From: Octopus vulgaris
Taxonomy: Eukaryota
Length of the DNA: 64,000 nucleotides
Assembly: GCA_951406725.2 (NCBI GenBank)
Contig: OX597838.1
Coordinates: forward strand, 25,482,001-25,546,000
Direction of reading: 5' to 3'
Every line of letters starts with the position of its first letter. The first letter of the stretch is position 1. Shown piece after piece: positions 52,822 to 63,937 of this stretch. The notes under the pieces are model-generated. The model was not told the origin of the DNA. It did not search any database and saw only the letters and a list, made by a program, of their open reading frames with translations. Position numbers and translations under genes: made by a program.

Positions 52822-53011
52822 GTCCAGTCATAGAGTGACCAATGGTTTTACATCCATAAAGCATTTAGCATAATAGACAACTCATCAGTCTCTAATGGTA
52901 GAGGGCATATGACCTCTCTTTTATATGCCCTCTGCCTTTAGAGTCTGACTAGTTGTCTATAAAGCTAAGGGCTTTATGGATGCGGAACCATTGGTCACTC
53001 TATCACTGGAC
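52822..53011. repeat. Long imperfect palindrome (~88-bp arms, ~12-nt loop)
   Basis: gtccagtcatagagtgaccaatggtt...agagggcatat-loop-atatgccctct...aaccattggtcactctatcactggac. Confidence 0.92.
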
Positions 53012-53679
53012 ACTTGGGTGCCCTTCTACTGATGCATTTTAGCCACCTGGATATCAAAGACTTGTGTGTTTAGACCACTTGGAGATTTCAACTAGTTATA
53101 ATGCTTCTCCATTGATTCAGCTTTCAAGCTTCTACATAAAGAAGAAATAAACCTTTCTAATATATGCACAAGGCCTGAAATTTTGTGGGGAGGGGTATAG
53201 TTGATTACATCGAACCCAGTGTTTCACTGGTACTTGATTTATCGACCCCGGGAGGATGAAAGACAAAGTCGACCTTCAGACATTTAATTTATTTTAAGGG
53301 TTTACGCAAGGGTATAAAGGTTGAGAAACACTGCTGTAGTGTAAGAGGCCAGATCTGGCTGGCTTGAGCAGAAAACAGGTAGATCATTTGGCTGGGTATG
53401 GCCGGTTTAAATGCTAAAGGATTAAAAGCTGGTTTTATAGATATTTCTTTCAAAATTCCTATTTCTTTTTCACACCTTCACTTGTGTAGGTTCACAACTG
53501 AACTCTCTGAGAGAACATGTCTCAAGTGTCCAGAAACCCTGCTTAAGAACCACTGTTTTATACAGTACTCAAATCAGAGAAGTTTAAAAGAGGGGACAGA
53601 AAACGGGAATATAATATCTAAACTCTTTAATTCGCTTCTTTTATTTATTTAATTTGTTTTTGTTTTATTTTTATTGTAG

Positions 53680-53753
53680 CTATTGAACAAAACATTGAAC
53701 AAGAAGAACATTCTAATAAGTCATCAGCCGATCTCAGGATACGAAAAACACAG
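53680..53753 (+). CDS. STX1A: Syntaxin-1 internal coding exon (Hb-Hc linker/start of Hc; equivalent to vertebrate STX1A exon 5), 74 nt, phase 1-0
   Basis: Acceptor tttgttttatttttattgtAG|CT. G from the previous exon plus CT gives Ala, then IEQNIEQEEHSNKSSADLRIRKTQ, then donor CAG|GTGAGG. SSADLRIRKTQ is the syntaxin-1 signature. Joins the 46155-46229 exon in frame. Confidence 0.97.
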
Positions 53754-53797
53754 GTGAGGATATATCTGGCTTCTAGAATTGTTGATGACTTTGTTTC

Positions 53798-53830
<33 letters not shown>

Positions 53831-53949
53831 GAGAGATAGATGTGGCAGAGAGAAAGAAAGAGGAAGAGAAAATGTGCTCTGTTAAGATGCACGTGTGTGT
53901 GTGTGTGTAGAAAGAGAGAAAGGGAGAGAAAGAAGACGCTGTGTGACAG

Positions 53950-54222
53950 ATCTGCGGGGTCATTCTGAAAAGCTCTATCTGTGACGATTTCATCTCAATC
54001 GAAGGAGAGGGGCTTTCTCTGTCCGGGTTGCGGATCCATGGAACAAGCTGCCAGACGAGATGGTGAAGATGCCGACGACCGCTTTGTTCAAAGTCTCACT
54101 TGACCTCAAGTGGCCTGAACTCTTTACATGAACACCACCCTGTACATAACTCCATGTCCCTCTACATGGCCTTGCTTTTTGCTTTTTGAGCCAAAAAATT
54201 AACTAACTAACTAACTAACTAA
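53950..54222 (+). mobile_element. CR1-clade LINE 3' end with (CTAA)n tail
   Basis: RGHSEKLYL*RFHLNRRRGAFSVRVADPWNKLPDEMVKMPTTALFKVSLD matches CR1 RGH..KL...FFS.RVV..WN.LP..VV.....FK..LD; tail aactaactaactaactaact. Confidence 0.85.
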
Positions 54223-54907
54223 CCTAGATCGAGTGGAAACTCCAGCTGGGGGGAACACATATGTCACAGAAACCGGGCCCATGAGCCTGGCTAGGCTTGA
54301 AAAGGGCGATGTTATTTTAAGTCCAAGATGGAGCTGACAACCAGTGATGTGTGTGTATCTGTGTGTGTGCTTGTGTATCTATGTGTGTGCTTGTGTATCT
54401 ATGTGTGTGTATCTGTGTGTGTGCTTGTGTATCTATGTGTGTGTATCTGTGTGTGTGCTTGTGTATCTATGTGTGTGTATCTGTGTGTGTGTTTGTGTAT
54501 CTATGTGTGTGTGTGATATAAAATCTGTTTTCCCTCTAGCCATTGCATTAATCTAATGTTATTTTTCTTTTCTATTTTCTTTCTCTTTCACCAGGTATCA
54601 AGGAAGTTTTTCTGGTTCCTTCTCAGTCTGTCTTAACTCCATAGATTCCTAAAATGCACAGAGGATGCCAGTGGGATTCTTTGATGAGTAGAATCATTAA
54701 GTTTATATCAATTAAGAAATTAGTTTAGATTTTTTTTTCTTAAAAACTGCAAAACAGTTAACACCTGTCGAATTACGCTTATTACTTATCACCACCTATT
54801 TTTATACCTAACTTTTGCACTGTTTATTTTTCTGTTTTACATGTGTGTGTGTCTGTGTGTCTTTCTCTAGTTGTATTTGTACATTTATATATTCCTAATT
54901 TTCTTCC

Positions 54908-54995
<88 letters not shown>

Positions 54996-55587
54996 GTATG
55001 TATATATCCACTCTTTATTTCTTTTATTTCCGTCATTCTTGGGTGTTATTCTCTTCATTGACCAAGTTTCTGGAATATTGTACAAAGACAACTCATTGAA
55101 TAGCCTAGAAGACAGTGGGATGGGTAGTGAATGGGCTGCCTGTTGCCAGATGAAAGTATGTCTTTAACAATACATGACCTCCCCTTACACACACACAATC
55201 CTTCTTCTCCTCCATCTCCCTAGTTTCCACTATATATTAATGTTTATTGGCAAGCGTTTATATTAACCATATTGTTGACTATGGAAAGATTTCCATGTTC
55301 TGTACAAATAGACAGGTAAACTGCATGATACAATCATTACCCATTGCAATCTTTTGGAGGATTGAAATCCCTTAGAACCAGGGTCTAGAAATATATTTCA
55401 TCTTGATGTACAACACCTTGTGAAAATACCTCTTTGCCATAACCTCGAATTGATCTAAGTATTGTGAGGGAAATTTGATGGACAGAAACTCAAAGCTGTT
55501 CAGAAGAACTGGATTATAATCCACAGGGTTTAGTCATGTCATGCACTGGGTCAGTCGGTCATTGAGCAATGTGCCTAACAATCATTT

Positions 55588-56513
55588 TAACCCTTTTGTT
55601 AACATATTTCTTTTGAAATACTTTGCTTTTGTTTCAATTAATTTTGAAATAATGAAGAATTTAGGAAAATAACTTCGTCATTATTACACCACTGTTTGGT
55701 TCATAAAATAGCATGAAATTAATTTTGATGGAAGATTTTAATTGAGATCACTTAAACCCATTTGTGACAATACTTCTTTTGAAATACACTGCTTTTGTTG
55801 CAATTAATTTTAAAGTTAATGAAGAAGTTAGCAAAATAGCTTTGTCATTATTAAGCAGGTGTTTGAAACATAAATTGACAGGAAGTTTTGATGGAAGATT
55901 AGAATTCAGATCACTTTAACACTTGTGTTACCATATTTCTCTCGAAATATGCTGCTATTGTTTCAATTAATTTTGAAAATAATGACAAGTATAAGAAAAT
56001 AAGTTTGTCATTATTAAACTAGCAATTGGAACATAACATGAAATTTTGATGGAAGATTATTATCCAGATCACTTTAACCGTTTTGTTACCATATTTCTCT
56101 TGAAATACACTGCTTTTGATAATAATGAAGAATTTAGGAAAATAACCTTATCATGATTAAGCTGGTGTTTAACCCTTTCGTTACCAACCCAGCTGAAACT
56201 GCCTCTGGCTCTCTAGTACAAATATCTTTTTTCATAAGTTCTGAATTAAAATCTTCTATCAAACCTTAGTCATAATTTATGTTCCTAACACCAGCTTAAT
56301 GATAACCAAGTTATTTTACTAAATTATTTCTTATATTTAAAATTAATTGAAAGAAACGCAGAGCATCTCAACAGAAATATAGTAACAAAAGGGTTAAAAC
56401 ATGAATTAGCTTAAAATTTTGATGAATGACTGTAATTTAGATCACTTCAAAGCTAAGAGGTTTTATTATCCTAGAACCAGTATAGTCTTGCAGTGGTTGG
56501 TATCAAAAGAGTA
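55588..56513. mobile_element. Array of TTAA-type MITE segments with an intact inverted copy nested at 56169-56397
   Basis: Four ~160-bp left-end units; nested TTAA|CCCTTTCGTTAC...GTAACAAAAGGG|TTAA; related copies at 33860-34235 and 59732-60003. Confidence 0.8.
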
Positions 56514-56968
56514 AGAATAGATGTCTGTGGAATATCCAACCATTTATGCTGTAATATATAATATCTAAGTAGCTCCAGTGATTGGTTGGCTGGAATACTT
56601 ATTCAGTGTTTGCTTCCCACAGAAATTCGTGGTCTTGTGCCAGTGTTAGAAATGAATTAGTATTTCAACTGTTTGGTTCTGACTAATAGGGTCGTGGTTT
56701 GAATTTCATGCGGTTGCAGCCTGTTCAGCTGTGATGATGACTAGCTGGATGTAGCCAGAGCCTGGTTTCCGTCCATCTCTTACATCTTGGCAGGTCTTTG
56801 TGTGAAGCGGAGGGGGCCAAGATGGTGTCTGTCTGCTCCTGATCACACAGACACCTAAAAGAAGTATGAAAGGTATGGTACAGAAGCCATAATCCCTTGT
56901 GAGTGGTTCCTGGTGGTACCATAATGAATCTATATAGATTAGGGATTGATCCGAAGTCCACTGCTAAC

Positions 56969-57043
56969 GGGAAAACTTGTAATTGTCGTGTCTCCCGACG
57001 ATGTCCATTAGATGGATTTTGTTTATGTGGCAATAATCAATAA
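56969..57043 (+). mobile_element. Penelope-like element remnant (Cys-rich linker before the GIY-YIG endonuclease)
   Basis: Translates GKTCNCRVSRRCPLDGFCL, matching the CNCR-x4-CPLDG-x-CL motif of Penelope-like elements. Confidence 0.65.
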
Positions 57044-57325
57044 AACAACTCAGTAAATGAAATAAAATATAAAATAAAACTTAATTATTAGCTTTTCTCA
57101 CTTAGAAGGTTTTATTTCCTAATTAGGCAATTTTAAATATCTGAGAAACTATCTCTGCCATTTACCATATGAAAGTTCTCTCCCTTGGAAACTTATTAAA
57201 TCTACAATTAAGAAACATCTCCAGATATGTTTTAGCATAATTTTTAATTATTTAAAATATACGTTTCCAATGTGATTCTTTTCCCCTCATCTTCAAGTAT
57301 AATTTTACAATGTGTGTGTGGATAT

Positions 57326-57368
<43 letters not shown>

Positions 57369-57376
57369 TAGATAGA

Positions 57377-57541
57377 TGCAGGTGTGGCTATGTGGGAAGA
57401 AGCATGCTTCTCAACCACATGGTTTCAGGTTCAGTCCCACTATGTGGCACCTTGGGTAAGTGTCTTCTACTATAGCCTTGGGCCCACCAAACCTAGTGAT
57501 TGGTAAGCAAGCTACTTACCACACAGCCACTCCTCCGCCTG

Positions 57542-57584
<43 letters not shown>

Positions 57585-57720
57585 ATATAGGCTTCCATAT
57601 TCATTCCCAGGGTTGGTTTGGAGTTATTGTAGAAAACTCTTGTCCAAGGTGCCATGCTGTGGGACTGAACCCCAAACCATGTGCTTACAAATTGAGTTAC
57701 TTAACCATATGGCTATAGCT
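57377..57720. mobile_element. SINE family A heads in inverted arrangement
   Basis: Plus head 57377-57498, minus head fragment 57500-57540, minus head 57590-57720. Confidence 0.8.
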
Positions 57721-58369
57721 GCTGTTGCTGCTATTAGCTGATAATATTTTTCTCATGGGCCCTCAGGTCATATACTTTCATCCGAAATGGATTTTCAACC
57801 CAGCTTCAGACATAAAAGACACCAGAGCTCCACTGATGCTACTGGAGTGGTTTGAGCTGTTTGCGTATAAGCTTTCTTATGTTGGTCTCCCAATATCTGA
57901 CCTTTCAGGGATGACCAGTCCAGCTTTGGAATATTCTAATTGCAATTACAAACTGGGCAAGCGAGATTATCTCTGCCTCTTCCACCATACACAGCTTTAG
58001 CAGTTTGCAAGCATTACATCCCACTCCCACCACATAAACAAATACACACTCGCTTGCGCACACCTATATGTACACACATCCACATATCGTTATTAGTTCT
58101 ATTACTTGCTATTTTAGAGAAGAGAATATTCTATACTTAGTTTGCCCACTTCCTTCAACAATGTTCCTGTTGTTTCTTTTGGCCGAATTGGTTGCAAGGG
58201 AAATAACCCTAACTTTCTATCTTGATCTGGTGAAGGAACGAGGCTTTACTTATTAGTTTTTTCTTTTTTTTTTGGTTAATTTGTTGATGTCTTCATGTGA
58301 TCCTGTTATATTTTATCTTTAGTACATAGCATACGTAATGTCATTATTTCCCTTTAGAGTATGTGTGTG

Positions 58370-58405
<36 letters not shown>

Positions 58406-58410
58406 CACAC

Positions 58411-58510
58411 ACGTTATATAATTAGGGTTCAGTAAAAAAATTTACTTTACCACACACCGAACTTTTGTGGTTAAGTAAATTTTTTTTACTGAACCCTAAT
58501 TATATAACGT
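58411..58510. repeat. Near-perfect 100-bp palindrome
   Basis: acgttatataattagggttcagtaaaaaaatttactttaccac-loop-gtggttaagtaaattttttttactgaaccctaattatataacgt. Confidence 0.93.
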
Positions 58511-58603
58511 AATGTTTTAAATATACCATAAATGGTCTTTTTACATACTGAACACTACTTGGTAAAATTATTAATTAATAATTAATTAATATTACCCTTT
58601 TAT

Positions 58604-58643
<40 letters not shown>

Positions 58644-58678
58644 CATGGAAAGCAGACGTTAAACGATGATGATGATGA

Positions 58679-58714
<36 letters not shown>

Positions 58715-59480
58715 CCTTCTCAAGCCATCCCTGCCTCACAAGGTTCGGTTTCCCGGTTTCCTTGGCGTATAGGTTTCCTCAAAAGAAAGAATCAAATAAA
58801 ATGTCCCTATGATCCAGAAACTTGTCTGTCACTGAGAAAGCCTCCCTTATGTCTGTCTGTTTGTCAGTTTCTCTAATTCTCTCTTTCTTTCTCAATGTTT
58901 AGATTTTTAATACTGTAAAGAAAATCACTAGCATCCTTTCTGCATACTTATACTATTATTATTGTTATTAATACTACTACTTATGACTTTGTGCCATTGT
59001 GAAAAATTACTACTGTTACTGTTATACTAATTATTATTAGTATTATTATTATTATTATTGCTAATGTTGTTATAATCATTAATTATATATGTACTGTTAA
59101 TATTTTATCATCATTATTTTTCTTCTCCAAAACATGATTATTTTTTGTTACATTGTATGTTATATAATAACACATTATATAATGTAATATTATATAATGC
59201 TATTATATATTATATAACAATGACATGTTATTGACATTTTCTAATGATAATTTTCCGATAGCTGTGTACCCACAGGTGTTTAGTGTGAACATTTCTAATA
59301 ACTGTGTACCCACGGGTGGTTAGTACATTCATTTCCTATAGCTGTACCTATAGCTGTGTTAGTGTAGAATTGGCAGTCGTCACTCAATTTTTAAAAAATT
59401 TCCTTCCATAAATCAAATAATTAAATCGATGGAATCTTAGATGAATCTTAATGTTTGGAACACCTGGAGATTTGTGTCAG

Positions 59481-59711
59481 AATAAGATTAGAATTTTTTG
59501 TCCCCCAAGATTATTAACCTTATCTTTTGAGATGAAAGTTTTTATTTGTTTTGTAATATTTGTATCTAACAATCAGCCAGTTGGCAATTAGCTATTTCAT
59601 CTTGCTGGTGCCAATTGTCATATTACAAAAAATATTGAAGATATTAATTCAAAAGACACTTCATCTCTAAAGTTGAGGTTAATAATCTTCTCAAAAATTA
59701 TAATCTTTATT
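59481..59711. repeat. Diverged fold-back (inverted repeat) element
   Basis: aagattattaacct...gagatgaa pairs with ttcatctc...aggttaataatctt; outer aataagattagaatttt/aaaattataatctttatt; inner ttgtaatat/atattacaa. Confidence 0.7.
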
Positions 59712-61189
59712 AACAACTCATTTTGAACCTTTAACCTTTTTCATTCCAACCTGGAACTGACCCTGGTTCTTTGATGATTAAAAGACAAAAGCCTTCTCTG
59801 TTTTGAAGTGTTCATATTTATATCATACAACTCTGTCATAATTATTTATGGAAAAACATTTTCAGTGTGTTCCAAACAACAATTTAATACTGACAAAAGT
59901 GACCTATTTTAATAAAGCATTCCAAATTCTCAAATATTTTCCAAATTAATTGAAGTCCATACACGATATATTTTATGAAGAATAATGTTAACAAATAGGT
60001 TAAGACATTTAATTATTTTGTTATATTTCTGTTACTTTATAATCTACACCACCACCACCACCACCACCACCACCACTGTCATTGCCGAATTTTCCATCTT
60101 GCTTGAACTAATATTTTATGGAGGTCCAGTGTTGCTCAGCAGCTATATAAATGCTTTAACCATCACAGACTCTTTGAGTGGCAGTAAGATTATCCAAACC
60201 CATCCTTATTGAGTTCACCAAAGTGGCATACATTGTTATTTCAGCTGATAAAACAATGTTCTACTGTTTGGCAAATTAGACATTATGAGCACCAATTTGA
60301 TACAGAAACAAAAACACCAGGCCTCACTGAAAGCAATAGGTAAAATTATTTAAATCCCTTTAGTTTGTCTGTTCCAGTTTTACTGTCTCAAAATTATGTT
60401 TTTGAGGCTTATCATTAACATTAAAGTCTTTGCAGTCAAATTTATAATGCAAGCAGCTACATCATAGAAGAAGAGCCAGTTTAACCAGTCAATAACATAC
60501 AAAGCTTTTAAATTTATTTTAACCCTCACTGTGCTGATGAAATCTTTGCTAACGATATAATATGCTAATCATATGCAAATCAGTTCTCACAATCTCTTTC
60601 CATTGGTCAGGTCAGTAAAATTAATATGTGAGTGTTACGTCATATGAAATATGGAGAATTCTTGAAAGTACCATGCTTTCAGAAATGAGTTAACTTGGTT
60701 CTTGTGTCTCAAGTGTGCTTGCATGGAACCAAATATACTCTGTTCTGGTGCAGTAAGGATGAAATTTAACCTTATTTCATGAAGTGTCAAAATTTTCATT
60801 ATACAACCATGACATGGTTACGGACACCTTTACTTAATGGAATAAATTTAATGTGAAGTTAACTGCTTCATGAGTTAAGAAATGGCCAAACCAGCTTCTT
60901 TTATGATGTAACTGCTTCAGTTTCAACACAGTCTCAGGTTAAGTCACTTGCTTGACAAATTCTACTCCAATATTTATAATAAGAATATACACATTTAATA
61001 TTTCCTGGTGGAATCCATATTATCTTTAATTCTGACTCACCTCAGCTGTTAAGAATGGAAATAATAACCTGCCTGTGACTGTTGTCCTATAATGGAAGAG
61101 ATTTCTCTCTCATTTGCTTAATGCTAAGTAAGCAGCAGCCCCTATAAGTCACCATAGAGCTGTGAAACCCTTTACGTTTTATACTGTGA

Positions 61190-61545
61190 GGTGCAAGTGT
61201 GGCTGTATGGTAAGAAGTTTACTTACCAACTTCATGGTTCTGGGTTCATTCCCACTGTGTGCCACTTTGGTCAAGTTTCTTCTCTTATAGCCCTAGGCCA
61301 ACCAAAACCTTGTTAGTGGATTTGGTAGATGGAAAGTGAAAGAAGTGTCACTGTTACACAAGAAGTTTCCTTCCTTACCAATATTCTGGGAAACAAGTCT
61401 AGCCATGGGGAAACATTACATTGCTTGGATTCAGATGAAAGTTGGCAACGGGAAGGGCATCTAACCGTAGAATATCTCCCACAACAAATTCCACCCAACC
61501 CATGCAAGCATAGAAAAGTGAGTATTGAAATGGTGATGATGATTG
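61190..61545 (+). mobile_element. Family A head joined to a family D-type tail
   Basis: gtgtggctgtatggtaag...gggttcattccc head, then ggaagggcatct...acccatgcaagcatagaaaag...gatgatga. Confidence 0.7.
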
Positions 61546-62207
61546 TGCATTAGCAGGACCTCTTGGACTCCTCTGGTGCCACAGCATTGAAGAAATCCTC
61601 AAAATGGTACACAAAAGCTATGCATACTACTGAAAATATTTTGATCTTATCTGAATCCCTGTCCCATATTTTGCAAAAGGACTTGTGTAAAGACATAGCT
61701 TTTACTCCGTACCTAAACTGAAACTCGAATGTAAAGATCAAATTAACATCTCTGGGTACACAACTATGAATTCATGTATGATACTTGGCCATTGTCAAAA
61801 TTGACAGGCAAACTGTCATCATAACATTATGTATATATATATATTCTGCTCTTTTTGTATATCTATGTTTCTTGTTGGCTGAAGATAGATTAGGCCAACT
61901 GTTATGGTGCTGATGATGCTTATTGAGGCAGAAACACATGCACCCAATTGTTCTCTTTCTCTATTGGCATGTCAGCTTTAAACAAGTCTGGTTCTTGAGA
62001 TTATCTCCCCTTATTGAGCGGAGCTGGTCCCAATTGCCATTTGGTAGTTGTGACATATCGTCCAGAAGCGGAGATAATTTCAATAAATCTACAATTTAAG
62101 TTGTATGATATTTGCTATACCTGTATTTGTCTATGTTGTTCCTTGGCCACTCTGAATTATTTCTATTTCGTTTACCTCATTTTTGTTTCATATATATATG
62201 TATATGT

Positions 62208-62272
<65 letters not shown>

Positions 62273-62992
62273 ATATGTATGTATGTGTGTTATATTTAAA
62301 ATGTGTGTATGTGTGTTATATTTAAAATGTGTGTATTTGTATATGTATGTATGTGTATACATAAAATGGAAATGTGCATAGATATAAGTGCAAGAACAAA
62401 AATAAGAGTAAGAGAAAAAAAAAAGAGAAGGCAATTGGCCGCAGATGTTGTTATGATTGTATAGTTTGGAAGATCACTATTATGTGGTCCTGAGTTCAGT
62501 CCCACTGCAAAGCACCTTTGGCCAACATCTTCTGCTAAAGCTTTGGCTCAGCACTAGTTTTGTGAGAGAAATTTGGCATAGAAAATCATGCAGGATCTCA
62601 CCAAATAGAATGTACCAGTAATTTAATGGAGGGAAGCCTTGTCATAATGCCATACTGATCCTACCTCACAGTTGCATTAAGAGTAAATGTGTGTGTGTGT
62701 GGGAAAAAGTCTCAGGATTATGGTAAGAGTACACATGTCTGTGGAATACTCGACCACTTTAACTATGAACCAAGGGAGGCTGTGTATGTTATTCAGTGGG
62801 CTAACCCTATCATATTGATTCTAACTGAAAGATTAATTACAGGGTGCACATCCATGAAATATTCTCAGGATTTCACTGTGGAATACACGGCCTTTTTTAC
62901 AACAGTATACACACACACACTCATCCAGCAGGTGTCTATTTGGACTATTAATTACACATCCATTTGTTTCTTCCAGTGTAATCTTATTCAGT

Positions 62993-63320
62993 GTAGGCAC
63001 ATAGCTAAGTGGACAGGGTATTCAGCTCACGAGTATAAGGCTTCAAGCTTGATTCCTGGTGACACTTTGGGTCCTTGAGCCAGCTACTTTCTTTCATGTT
63101 GCTCCTGTCCACTCAGCTGGCAAAAACCAAGTTGTGCATGTATTTCAAAAGGGCCACCCTTGTCACATTTCTGCGTCACGCTGAACCTCTTCTGAGAAGT
63201 ACATTAAGGGTACGCGTGTCTGTGGAGGGCTTAGCCACTTGCATGGTAATTTCACGAGCTGGCTGTTCTGTCGGGTCGGATCAACTGGAGTCCTCATTGT
63301 CATAACAAACTGAGTGCCAA
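62993..63320 (+). mobile_element. tRNA-derived SINE family H
   Basis: Head ggcacatagctaagtgg; body matches the reverse complement of 13290-13610. Confidence 0.75.
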
Positions 63321-63677
63321 CCAATCATTCGACAAATCTCTCCAGTAATCAACAAAGAATCAGAAACACCATGTTTTATCTTCTCCTTTTATGTTTATGC
63401 ATATTTCCATTATACTTGTATATGCGTAAATTAATCAGTGTGTGTGTGTTTGTGTCCACACACACACACACACTCACACATGCAGTATATTTATTCAAGT
63501 ATAATGCAAGAAATTTAATCCAAGACATCAGGACTCAAAAGTGCTGGCTGACATTATACTGAAGTGTCAATAGAAAGTGAAAAAGTAAAAAGGATAAAAT
63601 AAAATAGAATATTGATTTTCTTTTTTTTTATCAGAAGTGTGGGTTCCACGGTGTTTGAGATTGCATTGAAGTTGAGT

Positions 63678-63734
<57 letters not shown>

Positions 63735-63899
63735 GTGTGCATGTATGTATGTACACACACATAATTTGAAAAAATTGTGTTTGAACAAAACGCTGGTTAC
63801 TAAAACATCATTATGCCTTCACTGTTGTTGTTATATATGTATGTGTGTGGGTGTATGTATGTCTGTATATATATACACACACACACATTTTAAATAAAA

Positions 63900-63937
<38 letters not shown>

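Larger units (their letters stand above)
46230..53679 (+). other. GT-AG intron of the syntaxin-1 gene (7,450 nt, phase 1)
   Basis: Bounded by the two exons above; starts GTCAGT and ends TGTAG. Confidence 0.93.

Noticed and set aside
56725-57033. 102-aa minus-strand ORF as a nested gene
   Set aside because: No recognisable domain; the opposite strand carries the Penelope-like Cys motif.
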